A stretch of DNA of 38,884 bases, taken from positions 1-38,884 of the forward strand of contig NW_025214078.1 of assembly GCF_004010195.1 (NCBI RefSeq). Direction: 5' to 3'. The DNA is from Chiloscyllium plagiosum (lineage: Eukaryota). Positions 1-11,000 of this stretch are shown one piece after another (positions within the stretch are counted from its first letter, which is position 1; every line of letters starts with the position of its first letter). Below the pieces are notes generated by a model. That model was not told the DNA's origin. It searched no databases and saw only the letters and a program-made list of their open reading frames with translations. A program made the translations under genes and the position numbers.

Positions 1-93
1 TTCTGGATCAGTGGTGCTGGAAGAGCACAGCAATTCAGGCAGCATAGAGGAGCTTCAGTAAAATCGACGTTTCGGGTAAAAGCCCTTCATCAG
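1..93 (-). mobile_element. Penelope-like element (PLE) terminal-repeat fragment of the kind common in shark genomes
   Basis: Minus strand reads CTGATGAAGGGCTTTTACCCGAAACGTCGATTTT...GCTGCCTGAATTGCTGTGCTCTTCCAGCACCAC. I recall this as an abundant elasmobranch repeat, and it contains a hammerhead core typical of PLE terminal repeats. Recognised from memory, not searched. Confidence 0.6.
64..93 (-). ncRNA. Minimal hammerhead ribozyme core, probably truncated
   Basis: CUGAUGA-A-[GGG-CUUUUA-CCC]-GAAA-CGUC: both conserved core boxes, a stem II hairpin, palindromic ACGU stem III and a GUC cleavage triplet. The 5' strand of stem I appears replaced by SINE sequence. Confidence 0.6.
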
Positions 94-113
94 TGCTAAC
101 CACCGTGCTACCC
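91..113 (-). mobile_element. 5' head fragment of a tRNA-derived (HE1-like) SINE
   Basis: Minus strand GGGTAGCACGGTGGTTAGCACTG resembles the A-box-containing 5' end of shark HE1 SINEs. Only 23 nt long. Confidence 0.45.
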
Positions 114-342
114 TTTGGGTGATCCCTGACCAGACGTCACTGGAATCTCCTCACTGCGTTAATCAAAGGTAATTCAGCCAAATGCAAGTCTCCCAGGATG
201 AAATCCCATTACTAGGAAATGTGTGAGTACAATATCTTCAGAAGCAGAGTAACGTTTTGGACAAGCTTTCCTTTGTCATGAGTTCCAATATTATCTGAAC
301 AAAGTTCTTTCAAGTTAAAATTGCAGAGATTTTGTTCATCAT

Positions 343-419
343 TGTGTGTGTGTGTGTGTGTACGTGTGTATGTGTGTGTGTGTATGTGTGTGTGTCTGTG
401 TGTATGTGTGTGTGTGTGT
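343..419. repeat. Interrupted (TG)n microsatellite
   Basis: Directly visible TG dinucleotide run with a few TA/TC/CG interruptions. Confidence 0.97.
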
Positions 420-664
420 CAGTGTTTTTAGAAAGGGAAATATTGATTATATATTTGCAATACCCAACCAGTTTGCCATTCATCTTTCCATCATAGCTTG
501 AGTAACATTGTTCTGGATCATAAAAGTGTTGTTTTACCAGATTAAAGAAACTAGACTGACATGCTCCTAAACCTGACCCAGACCCAGTCTGAGACCGATG
601 TGATCGGCCATATCACCGACCTGGTTATATTTAACATTTGTTGTGGGCAGTGGAGGAGTGGGAT

Positions 665-929
665 TAGAAAAGGAAACAGTGAACCAAGAAGCCGGGAACT
701 ATCGGCCGGTAAGGCTGATGTCAGTGGTGGGTAAGTTGTTGGAGGAGAATGTGAGGGATAACTTTTACATACATTTGGGAAGTTAAGGGCTGATCGGGGT
801 AGACAACGTAGCTTTCTGCATGGGAAATCATGTCTCATTAATGTAGTTGAGTTTTATGAAGAGGTGACAAAGAAGATTGATGAAGGCAGTTTGGTGGGCA
901 TTGTCTATATGGACTTCAGCAAGGTGTTC
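665..929 (+). mobile_element. Decayed CR1 LINE ORF2 (reverse transcriptase) fragment, 5' part
   Basis: Encodes degenerate GNYRPVRLMSVVGKLLE, HGKSCLIN and VYMDFSKVF, matching the CR1 RT motifs NYRPVSLTSVVGKLLE, GKSCLTNL and VYMDFSKAFD. Confidence 0.88.
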
Positions 930-933
930 ATTT

Positions 934-1372
934 AAAGAACAAAGAGCAAAGAAAATTTACTGCCCAGGAACAGGCCCTTTGCCCTCCAAGCCTGAGACGA
1001 TCCAACTGTGTTGTCTACATCTGTAGGTCAATTCCTAAGCATCTGTATCCCTCTGCTCCCCACCTACTCATGCATCTGTCCAGACGCATCTTAAATGAAT
1101 CTGCCGTGCCTGCCTCTACCATCTCTGCTAGCAACGCGTTCCAAACGCCCACCACCCTCTGCGTGAAGTACTTACCGCGCGTATCCCCCTCAAACATTCC
1201 ATCTCTCACTTTGAAAGCACGACTTCTCGTTATTGAATCCTTCACCGTGGGAAAAAGCTTGTCTTTATCCACCCTGTCTATATACTTCATGATTTTGTAA
1301 ACCTCAATCAGGTCACCCCTCAATCTCCTTTTATCTAGTGAAAATAAACCTGACCTACTCAGCCTCTCTTCA
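934..1372 (-). mobile_element. 5'-truncated CR1 LINE 3' end, nested in opposite orientation within the older CR1
   Basis: ORF 1015..1323 (RGDLIEVYKIMKYIDRVD...FTQRVVGVWNAL...FKMRLD) is the typical CR1 ORF2 C-terminus. It is followed by a 3' UTR and a short repeated tail (AAAGAAC/AAAGAGC on + at ~934-951). Confidence 0.9.
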
Positions 1373-1394
1373 GAGACAGTATTTCATTCTGATT

Positions 1395-2008
1395 GGTTGA
1401 CAGATTAGTAAGTTTCGGTCAGATGGGATACAGGAGAAGCTAGTCACAATTGGCTTGAAGGAAGAGGGATATTTTTCAGACTGGAGGAGGGTCAGCAGCA
1501 CTGTGCTGGAAGAATCAGTACTGAGTTCACTGCATTTCATCATTTATGTAAAGGATTTCGATGTGAATATTGGGGCGATAGATAGTAAGTTTACAGATGT
1601 CATCAGAAAGGTGGTGTAGTAGATAATCTCGGAGTACAACGAGACCACAATTACATGGGACAAAGGGATAAGGAGTGAAAGATGAAGTTTAATTTAGATA
1701 AATACGAGGTTTTGCAGTTTAGGAAGGCAAATCAGGGCAGAAATTATTCACTTTATGGTAAGGTCCTGGAGAGTGTTGTGGAACAAAGGGACTTAGGACT
1801 GCAGGTACATTGTTCCTTGAAAGTGGAGTCGCAGGTAGACAGTGGGGACAGAGCACATTTGGCAAATTTGCCTTAATCAGTCAGAGCACTGAGTATAGGA
1901 GTTGTGGTGGCATGTTACATCTGTACAGGATGTTAGTGAGGCCACTTTAAGAATACTGCGAACATCTCGGTTTTCTGCAGAAATGACTTACACACAGATG
2001 TTCCAGGA
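1395..2008 (+). mobile_element. Decayed CR1 LINE ORF2, continuing the 665-929 fragment
   Basis: Degenerate RT core KFTDV (for FADD) at ~1587-1600, ORF 1682..1876 (MKFNLDKYEVLQF...EQRDLGLQVHCSLKV) and an LVRPLLEYC-like segment. TGCAGAAATGACTTACACACAGATGTTCCAGGA (QKRFTRMLPG-like) runs right up to the array. Confidence 0.88.
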
Positions 2009-5000
2009 CGTTAGTATTGGTGACGGTGATGCCGTTGGCCTTGGTGCTGGTGTTGGTGTTGACGTTGACGTTAGTATTGGTGACGGTGATGCCGTTGGCC
2101 TTGGTGCTGGTGTTGGTGTTGACGTTGACGTTAGTATTGGTGACGGTGATGCCGTTGGCCTTGGTGCTGGTGTTGGTGTTGACGTTGACGTTAGTATTGG
2201 TGACGGTGATGCCGTTGGCCTTGGTGCTGGTGTTGGTGTTGACGTTGACGTTAGTATTGGTGACGGTGATGCCGTTGGCCTTGGTGCTGGTGTTGGTGTT
2301 GACGTTGACGTTAGTATTGGTGACGGTGATGCCGTTGGCCTTGGTGCTGGTGTTGGTGTTGACGTTGACGTTAGTATTGGTGACGGTGATGCCGTTGGCC
2401 TTGGTGCTGGTGTTGGTGTTGACGTTGACGTTAGTATTGGTGACGGTGATGCCGTTGGCCTTGGTGCTGGTGTTGGTGTTGACGTTGACGTTAGTATTGG
2501 TGACGGTGATGCCGTTGGCCTTGGTGCTGGTGTTGGTGTTGACGTTGACGTTAGTATTGGTGACGGTGATGCCGTTGGCCTTGGTGCTGGTGTTGGTGTT
2601 GACGTTGACGTTAGTATTGGTGACGGTGATGCCGTTGGCCTTGGTGCTGGTGTTGGTGTTGACGTTGACGTTAGTATTGGTGACGGTGATGCCGTTGGCC
2701 TTGGTGCTGGTGTTGGTGTTGACGTTGACGTTAGTATTGGTGACGGTGATGCCGTTGGCCTTGGTGCTGGTGTTGGTGTTGACGTTGACGTTAGTATTGG
2801 TGACGGTGATGCCGTTGGCCTTGGTGCTGGTGTTGGTGTTGACGTTGACGTTAGTATTGGTGACGGTGATGCCGTTGGCCTTGGTGCTGGTGTTGGTGTT
2901 GACGTTGACGTTAGTATTGGTGACGGTGATGCCGTTGGCCTTGGTGCTGGTGTTGGTGTTGACGTTGACGTTAGTATTGGTGACGGTGATGCCGTTGGCC
3001 TTGGTGCTGGTGTTGGTGTTGACGTTGACGTTAGTATTGGTGACGGTGATGCCGTTGGCCTTGGTGCTGGTGTTGGTGTTGACGTTGACGTTAGTATTGG
3101 TGACGGTGATGCCGTTGGCCTTGGTGCTGGTGTTGGTGTTGACGTTGACGTTAGTATTGGTGACGGTGATGCCGTTGGCCTTGGTGCTGGTGTTGGTGTT
3201 GACGTTGACGTTAGTATTGGTGACGGTGATGCCGTTGGCCTTGGTGCTGGTGTTGGTGTTGACGTTGACGTTAGTATTGGTGACGGTGATGCCGTTGGCC
3301 TTGGTGCTGGTGTTGGTGTTGACGTTGACGTTAGTATTGGTGACGGTGATGCCGTTGGCCTTGGTGCTGGTGTTGGTGTTGACGTTGACGTTAGTATTGG
3401 TGACGGTGATGCCGTTGGCCTTGGTGCTGGTGTTGGTGTTGACGTTGACGTTAGTATTGGTGACGGTGATGCCGTTGGCCTTGGTGCTGGTGTTGGTGTT
3501 GACGTTGACGTTAGTATTGGTGACGGTGATGCCGTTGGCCTTGGTGCTGGTGTTGGTGTTGACGTTGACGTTAGTATTGGTGACGGTGATGCCGTTGGCC
3601 TTGGTGCTGGTGTTGGTGTTGACGTTGACGTTAGTATTGGTGACGGTGATGCCGTTGGCCTTGGTGCTGGTGTTGGTGTTGACGTTGACGTTAGTATTGG
3701 TGACGGTGATGCCGTTGGCCTTGGTGCTGGTGTTGGTGTTGACGTTGACGTTAGTATTGGTGACGGTGATGCCGTTGGCCTTGGTGCTGGTGTTGGTGTT
3801 GACGTTGACGTTAGTATTGGTGACGGTGATGCCGTTGGCCTTGGTGCTGGTGTTGGTGTTGACGTTGACGTTAGTATTGGTGACGGTGATGCCGTTGGCC
3901 TTGGTGCTGGTGTTGGTGTTGACGTTGACGTTAGTATTGGTGACGGTGATGCCGTTGGCCTTGGTGCTGGTGTTGGTGTTGACGTTGACGTTAGTATTGG
4001 TGACGGTGATGCCGTTGGCCTTGGTGCTGGTGTTGGTGTTGACGTTGACGTTAGTATTGGTGACGGTGATGCCGTTGGCCTTGGTGCTGGTGTTGGTGTT
4101 GACGTTGACGTTAGTATTGGTGACGGTGATGCCGTTGGCCTTGGTGCTGGTGTTGGTGTTGACGTTGACGTTAGTATTGGTGACGGTGATGCCGTTGGCC
4201 TTGGTGCTGGTGTTGGTGTTGACGTTGACGTTAGTATTGGTGACGGTGATGCCGTTGGCCTTGGTGCTGGTGTTGGTGTTGACGTTGACGTTAGTATTGG
4301 TGACGGTGATGCCGTTGGCCTTGGTGCTGGTGTTGGTGTTGACGTTGACGTTAGTATTGGTGACGGTGATGCCGTTGGCCTTGGTGCTGGTGTTGGTGTT
4401 GACGTTGACGTTAGTATTGGTGACGGTGATGCCGTTGGCCTTGGTGCTGGTGTTGGTGTTGACGTTGACGTTAGTATTGGTGACGGTGATGCCGTTGGCC
4501 TTGGTGCTGGTGTTGGTGTTGACGTTGACGTTAGTATTGGTGACGGTGATGCCGTTGGCCTTGGTGCTGGTGTTGGTGTTGACGTTGACGTTAGTATTGG
4601 TGACGGTGATGCCGTTGGCCTTGGTGCTGGTGTTGGTGTTGACGTTGACGTTAGTATTGGTGACGGTGATGCCGTTGGCCTTGGTGCTGGTGTTGGTGTT
4701 GACGTTGACGTTAGTATTGGTGACGGTGATGCCGTTGGCCTTGGTGCTGGTGTTGGTGTTGACGTTGACGTTAGTATTGGTGACGGTGATGCCGTTGGCC
4801 TTGGTGCTGGTGTTGGTGTTGACGTTGACGTTAGTATTGGTGACGGTGATGCCGTTGGCCTTGGTGCTGGTGTTGGTGTTGACGTTGACGTTAGTATTGG
4901 TGACGGTGATGCCGTTGGCCTTGGTGCTGGTGTTGGTGTTGACGTTGACGTTAGTATTGGTGACGGTGATGCCGTTGGCCTTGGTGCTGGTGTTGGTGTT

Positions 5001-8000
5001 GACGTTGACGTTAGTATTGGTGACGGTGATGCCGTTGGCCTTGGTGCTGGTGTTGGTGTTGACGTTGACGTTAGTATTGGTGACGGTGATGCCGTTGGCC
5101 TTGGTGCTGGTGTTGGTGTTGACGTTGACGTTAGTATTGGTGACGGTGATGCCGTTGGCCTTGGTGCTGGTGTTGGTGTTGACGTTGACGTTAGTATTGG
5201 TGACGGTGATGCCGTTGGCCTTGGTGCTGGTGTTGGTGTTGACGTTGACGTTAGTATTGGTGACGGTGATGCCGTTGGCCTTGGTGCTGGTGTTGGTGTT
5301 GACGTTGACGTTAGTATTGGTGACGGTGATGCCGTTGGCCTTGGTGCTGGTGTTGGTGTTGACGTTGACGTTAGTATTGGTGACGGTGATGCCGTTGGCC
5401 TTGGTGCTGGTGTTGGTGTTGACGTTGACGTTAGTATTGGTGACGGTGATGCCGTTGGCCTTGGTGCTGGTGTTGGTGTTGACGTTGACGTTAGTATTGG
5501 TGACGGTGATGCCGTTGGCCTTGGTGCTGGTGTTGGTGTTGACGTTGACGTTAGTATTGGTGACGGTGATGCCGTTGGCCTTGGTGCTGGTGTTGGTGTT
5601 GACGTTGACGTTAGTATTGGTGACGGTGATGCCGTTGGCCTTGGTGCTGGTGTTGGTGTTGACGTTGACGTTAGTATTGGTGACGGTGATGCCGTTGGCC
5701 TTGGTGCTGGTGTTGGTGTTGACGTTGACGTTAGTATTGGTGACGGTGATGCCGTTGGCCTTGGTGCTGGTGTTGGTGTTGACGTTGACGTTAGTATTGG
5801 TGACGGTGATGCCGTTGGCCTTGGTGCTGGTGTTGGTGTTGACGTTGACGTTAGTATTGGTGACGGTGATGCCGTTGGCCTTGGTGCTGGTGTTGGTGTT
5901 GACGTTGACGTTAGTATTGGTGACGGTGATGCCGTTGGCCTTGGTGCTGGTGTTGGTGTTGACGTTGACGTTAGTATTGGTGACGGTGATGCCGTTGGCC
6001 TTGGTGCTGGTGTTGGTGTTGACGTTGACGTTAGTATTGGTGACGGTGATGCCGTTGGCCTTGGTGCTGGTGTTGGTGTTGACGTTGACGTTAGTATTGG
6101 TGACGGTGATGCCGTTGGCCTTGGTGCTGGTGTTGGTGTTGACGTTGACGTTAGTATTGGTGACGGTGATGCCGTTGGCCTTGGTGCTGGTGTTGGTGTT
6201 GACGTTGACGTTAGTATTGGTGACGGTGATGCCGTTGGCCTTGGTGCTGGTGTTGGTGTTGACGTTGACGTTAGTATTGGTGACGGTGATGCCGTTGGCC
6301 TTGGTGCTGGTGTTGGTGTTGACGTTGACGTTAGTATTGGTGACGGTGATGCCGTTGGCCTTGGTGCTGGTGTTGGTGTTGACGTTGACGTTAGTATTGG
6401 TGACGGTGATGCCGTTGGCCTTGGTGCTGGTGTTGGTGTTGACGTTGACGTTAGTATTGGTGACGGTGATGCCGTTGGCCTTGGTGCTGGTGTTGGTGTT
6501 GACGTTGACGTTAGTATTGGTGACGGTGATGCCGTTGGCCTTGGTGCTGGTGTTGGTGTTGACGTTGACGTTAGTATTGGTGACGGTGATGCCGTTGGCC
6601 TTGGTGCTGGTGTTGGTGTTGACGTTGACGTTAGTATTGGTGACGGTGATGCCGTTGGCCTTGGTGCTGGTGTTGGTGTTGACGTTGACGTTAGTATTGG
6701 TGACGGTGATGCCGTTGGCCTTGGTGCTGGTGTTGGTGTTGACGTTGACGTTAGTATTGGTGACGGTGATGCCGTTGGCCTTGGTGCTGGTGTTGGTGTT
6801 GACGTTGACGTTAGTATTGGTGACGGTGATGCCGTTGGCCTTGGTGCTGGTGTTGGTGTTGACGTTGACGTTAGTATTGGTGACGGTGATGCCGTTGGCC
6901 TTGGTGCTGGTGTTGGTGTTGACGTTGACGTTAGTATTGGTGACGGTGATGCCGTTGGCCTTGGTGCTGGTGTTGGTGTTGACGTTGACGTTAGTATTGG
7001 TGACGGTGATGCCGTTGGCCTTGGTGCTGGTGTTGGTGTTGACGTTGACGTTAGTATTGGTGACGGTGATGCCGTTGGCCTTGGTGCTGGTGTTGGTGTT
7101 GACGTTGACGTTAGTATTGGTGACGGTGATGCCGTTGGCCTTGGTGCTGGTGTTGGTGTTGACGTTGACGTTAGTATTGGTGACGGTGATGCCGTTGGCC
7201 TTGGTGCTGGTGTTGGTGTTGACGTTGACGTTAGTATTGGTGACGGTGATGCCGTTGGCCTTGGTGCTGGTGTTGGTGTTGACGTTGACGTTAGTATTGG
7301 TGACGGTGATGCCGTTGGCCTTGGTGCTGGTGTTGGTGTTGACGTTGACGTTAGTATTGGTGACGGTGATGCCGTTGGCCTTGGTGCTGGTGTTGGTGTT
7401 GACGTTGACGTTAGTATTGGTGACGGTGATGCCGTTGGCCTTGGTGCTGGTGTTGGTGTTGACGTTGACGTTAGTATTGGTGACGGTGATGCCGTTGGCC
7501 TTGGTGCTGGTGTTGGTGTTGACGTTGACGTTAGTATTGGTGACGGTGATGCCGTTGGCCTTGGTGCTGGTGTTGGTGTTGACGTTGACGTTAGTATTGG
7601 TGACGGTGATGCCGTTGGCCTTGGTGCTGGTGTTGGTGTTGACGTTGACGTTAGTATTGGTGACGGTGATGCCGTTGGCCTTGGTGCTGGTGTTGGTGTT
7701 GACGTTGACGTTAGTATTGGTGACGGTGATGCCGTTGGCCTTGGTGCTGGTGTTGGTGTTGACGTTGACGTTAGTATTGGTGACGGTGATGCCGTTGGCC
7801 TTGGTGCTGGTGTTGGTGTTGACGTTGACGTTAGTATTGGTGACGGTGATGCCGTTGGCCTTGGTGCTGGTGTTGGTGTTGACGTTGACGTTAGTATTGG
7901 TGACGGTGATGCCGTTGGCCTTGGTGCTGGTGTTGGTGTTGACGTTGACGTTAGTATTGGTGACGGTGATGCCGTTGGCCTTGGTGCTGGTGTTGGTGTT

Positions 8001-11000
8001 GACGTTGACGTTAGTATTGGTGACGGTGATGCCGTTGGCCTTGGTGCTGGTGTTGGTGTTGACGTTGACGTTAGTATTGGTGACGGTGATGCCGTTGGCC
8101 TTGGTGCTGGTGTTGGTGTTGACGTTGACGTTAGTATTGGTGACGGTGATGCCGTTGGCCTTGGTGCTGGTGTTGGTGTTGACGTTGACGTTAGTATTGG
8201 TGACGGTGATGCCGTTGGCCTTGGTGCTGGTGTTGGTGTTGACGTTGACGTTAGTATTGGTGACGGTGATGCCGTTGGCCTTGGTGCTGGTGTTGGTGTT
8301 GACGTTGACGTTAGTATTGGTGACGGTGATGCCGTTGGCCTTGGTGCTGGTGTTGGTGTTGACGTTGACGTTAGTATTGGTGACGGTGATGCCGTTGGCC
8401 TTGGTGCTGGTGTTGGTGTTGACGTTGACGTTAGTATTGGTGACGGTGATGCCGTTGGCCTTGGTGCTGGTGTTGGTGTTGACGTTGACGTTAGTATTGG
8501 TGACGGTGATGCCGTTGGCCTTGGTGCTGGTGTTGGTGTTGACGTTGACGTTAGTATTGGTGACGGTGATGCCGTTGGCCTTGGTGCTGGTGTTGGTGTT
8601 GACGTTGACGTTAGTATTGGTGACGGTGATGCCGTTGGCCTTGGTGCTGGTGTTGGTGTTGACGTTGACGTTAGTATTGGTGACGGTGATGCCGTTGGCC
8701 TTGGTGCTGGTGTTGGTGTTGACGTTGACGTTAGTATTGGTGACGGTGATGCCGTTGGCCTTGGTGCTGGTGTTGGTGTTGACGTTGACGTTAGTATTGG
8801 TGACGGTGATGCCGTTGGCCTTGGTGCTGGTGTTGGTGTTGACGTTGACGTTAGTATTGGTGACGGTGATGCCGTTGGCCTTGGTGCTGGTGTTGGTGTT
8901 GACGTTGACGTTAGTATTGGTGACGGTGATGCCGTTGGCCTTGGTGCTGGTGTTGGTGTTGACGTTGACGTTAGTATTGGTGACGGTGATGCCGTTGGCC
9001 TTGGTGCTGGTGTTGGTGTTGACGTTGACGTTAGTATTGGTGACGGTGATGCCGTTGGCCTTGGTGCTGGTGTTGGTGTTGACGTTGACGTTAGTATTGG
9101 TGACGGTGATGCCGTTGGCCTTGGTGCTGGTGTTGGTGTTGACGTTGACGTTAGTATTGGTGACGGTGATGCCGTTGGCCTTGGTGCTGGTGTTGGTGTT
9201 GACGTTGACGTTAGTATTGGTGACGGTGATGCCGTTGGCCTTGGTGCTGGTGTTGGTGTTGACGTTGACGTTAGTATTGGTGACGGTGATGCCGTTGGCC
9301 TTGGTGCTGGTGTTGGTGTTGACGTTGACGTTAGTATTGGTGACGGTGATGCCGTTGGCCTTGGTGCTGGTGTTGGTGTTGACGTTGACGTTAGTATTGG
9401 TGACGGTGATGCCGTTGGCCTTGGTGCTGGTGTTGGTGTTGACGTTGACGTTAGTATTGGTGACGGTGATGCCGTTGGCCTTGGTGCTGGTGTTGGTGTT
9501 GACGTTGACGTTAGTATTGGTGACGGTGATGCCGTTGGCCTTGGTGCTGGTGTTGGTGTTGACGTTGACGTTAGTATTGGTGACGGTGATGCCGTTGGCC
9601 TTGGTGCTGGTGTTGGTGTTGACGTTGACGTTAGTATTGGTGACGGTGATGCCGTTGGCCTTGGTGCTGGTGTTGGTGTTGACGTTGACGTTAGTATTGG
9701 TGACGGTGATGCCGTTGGCCTTGGTGCTGGTGTTGGTGTTGACGTTGACGTTAGTATTGGTGACGGTGATGCCGTTGGCCTTGGTGCTGGTGTTGGTGTT
9801 GACGTTGACGTTAGTATTGGTGACGGTGATGCCGTTGGCCTTGGTGCTGGTGTTGGTGTTGACGTTGACGTTAGTATTGGTGACGGTGATGCCGTTGGCC
9901 TTGGTGCTGGTGTTGGTGTTGACGTTGACGTTAGTATTGGTGACGGTGATGCCGTTGGCCTTGGTGCTGGTGTTGGTGTTGACGTTGACGTTAGTATTGG
10001 TGACGGTGATGCCGTTGGCCTTGGTGCTGGTGTTGGTGTTGACGTTGACGTTAGTATTGGTGACGGTGATGCCGTTGGCCTTGGTGCTGGTGTTGGTGTT
10101 GACGTTGACGTTAGTATTGGTGACGGTGATGCCGTTGGCCTTGGTGCTGGTGTTGGTGTTGACGTTGACGTTAGTATTGGTGACGGTGATGCCGTTGGCC
10201 TTGGTGCTGGTGTTGGTGTTGACGTTGACGTTAGTATTGGTGACGGTGATGCCGTTGGCCTTGGTGCTGGTGTTGGTGTTGACGTTGACGTTAGTATTGG
10301 TGACGGTGATGCCGTTGGCCTTGGTGCTGGTGTTGGTGTTGACGTTGACGTTAGTATTGGTGACGGTGATGCCGTTGGCCTTGGTGCTGGTGTTGGTGTT
10401 GACGTTGACGTTAGTATTGGTGACGGTGATGCCGTTGGCCTTGGTGCTGGTGTTGGTGTTGACGTTGACGTTAGTATTGGTGACGGTGATGCCGTTGGCC
10501 TTGGTGCTGGTGTTGGTGTTGACGTTGACGTTAGTATTGGTGACGGTGATGCCGTTGGCCTTGGTGCTGGTGTTGGTGTTGACGTTGACGTTAGTATTGG
10601 TGACGGTGATGCCGTTGGCCTTGGTGCTGGTGTTGGTGTTGACGTTGACGTTAGTATTGGTGACGGTGATGCCGTTGGCCTTGGTGCTGGTGTTGGTGTT
10701 GACGTTGACGTTAGTATTGGTGACGGTGATGCCGTTGGCCTTGGTGCTGGTGTTGGTGTTGACGTTGACGTTAGTATTGGTGACGGTGATGCCGTTGGCC
10801 TTGGTGCTGGTGTTGGTGTTGACGTTGACGTTAGTATTGGTGACGGTGATGCCGTTGGCCTTGGTGCTGGTGTTGGTGTTGACGTTGACGTTAGTATTGG
10901 TGACGGTGATGCCGTTGGCCTTGGTGCTGGTGTTGGTGTTGACGTTGACGTTAGTATTGGTGACGGTGATGCCGTTGGCCTTGGTGCTGGTGTTGGTGTT

